From Felis catus (lineage: Eukaryota): a stretch of DNA of 64,000 nt. Under the pieces are notes generated by a model. The model was not told where the DNA came from, searched no databases, and saw only the letters and a program-made list of their open reading frames with translations. The stretch is taken from positions 57,724,001 to 57,788,000 of the forward strand of contig NC_058382.1 in assembly GCF_018350175.1 (NCBI RefSeq), read 5' to 3'. Shown piece by piece: positions 63,555-64,000 of this stretch. The position numbers and the translations under genes were made by a program. The number at the start of each line of letters is the position of its first letter. The first letter of the stretch is position 1.

Positions 63555-64000
63555 CACAACTCCAGGGCAGAAGACACGGGGTGAGAACTTAGGTCTACAC
63601 GGAAACCCGCACACGGACGTCTGAAGCAGCTTTCCTCGTAACTGCCAGAGCTGGGCGGCGACCAAGGTGCCCTTCCAGAGGTGGGTGGCTAAATTAACTA
63701 CGGCACACCCCGGCAACGAAGTCATCGCTCCACACTAAAAAGAAATGAGCTCCCGAGCCTCGAAAAGTCACGGAGGAAACGCGTACGCTCGTCGCTGAGC
63801 GACAGAAGCCAATCTGAACGGGCTCTGCGTCTGGTCTGAGCCCAACGACACGATGCTTTCTGGAAGACAGAGCTATGAAGACAGTAAAGATGAGCGGCTG
63901 CCGGGTGGGGGGAGGGGAAGGAACGAACAGGCGGGGCCCAGAGGTTTCTTCAGGGCAGTGAAGATACCTGTGCACACCTGTCCTTACACGTTTTCCCAAA
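63555..64000 (+). mobile_element. L1MC1/2-like 3' region, runs off the end of the window
   Basis: cactaaaaagaaatgagct...gaagccaatctgaacgggct...ctatgaagacagtaaaga...cagggcagtgaa. Confidence 0.8.

Overview
Mammalian nuclear DNA from a felid, judged from the young SINEC_Fc-type tRNA-derived SINEs and an L1_Fc-type 3' UTR. The isochore is very GC/CpG-rich. The first ~10.1 kb looks like the last intron and terminal exon/3' UTR of a + strand gene that I cannot name: best splice acceptor at 7447, poly(A) signals at 10005 and 10077. The remaining ~54 kb appears intergenic and is packed with Can-SINEs, MaLR (MLT1) and ERVL LTRs, old L1M, L2 and MIR copies, hAT MITEs, microsatellites and two minisatellites. 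I could not recognise any intact protein-coding gene; the ORF track is GC-rich noise except for L1 ORF2 remnants. The most notable structures are: (1) a U6 snRNA-L1 chimeric retrocopy carrying a nested younger L1 (38.8-39.95 kb); (2) an L1 with a twin-priming 5' inversion (61.6-63.5 kb); (3) a 20-monomer minisatellite with dimeric and tetrameric higher-order structure and a hairpin in nearly every monomer (45.0-45.7 kb); (4) several near-consensus CTCF motifs, some inside MIR or L2; (5) strong AT-to-GC erosion of old repeats. I found no evidence for a genuinely new biological system. Repeat family names come from recalled consensus sequences, and their boundaries are approximate.
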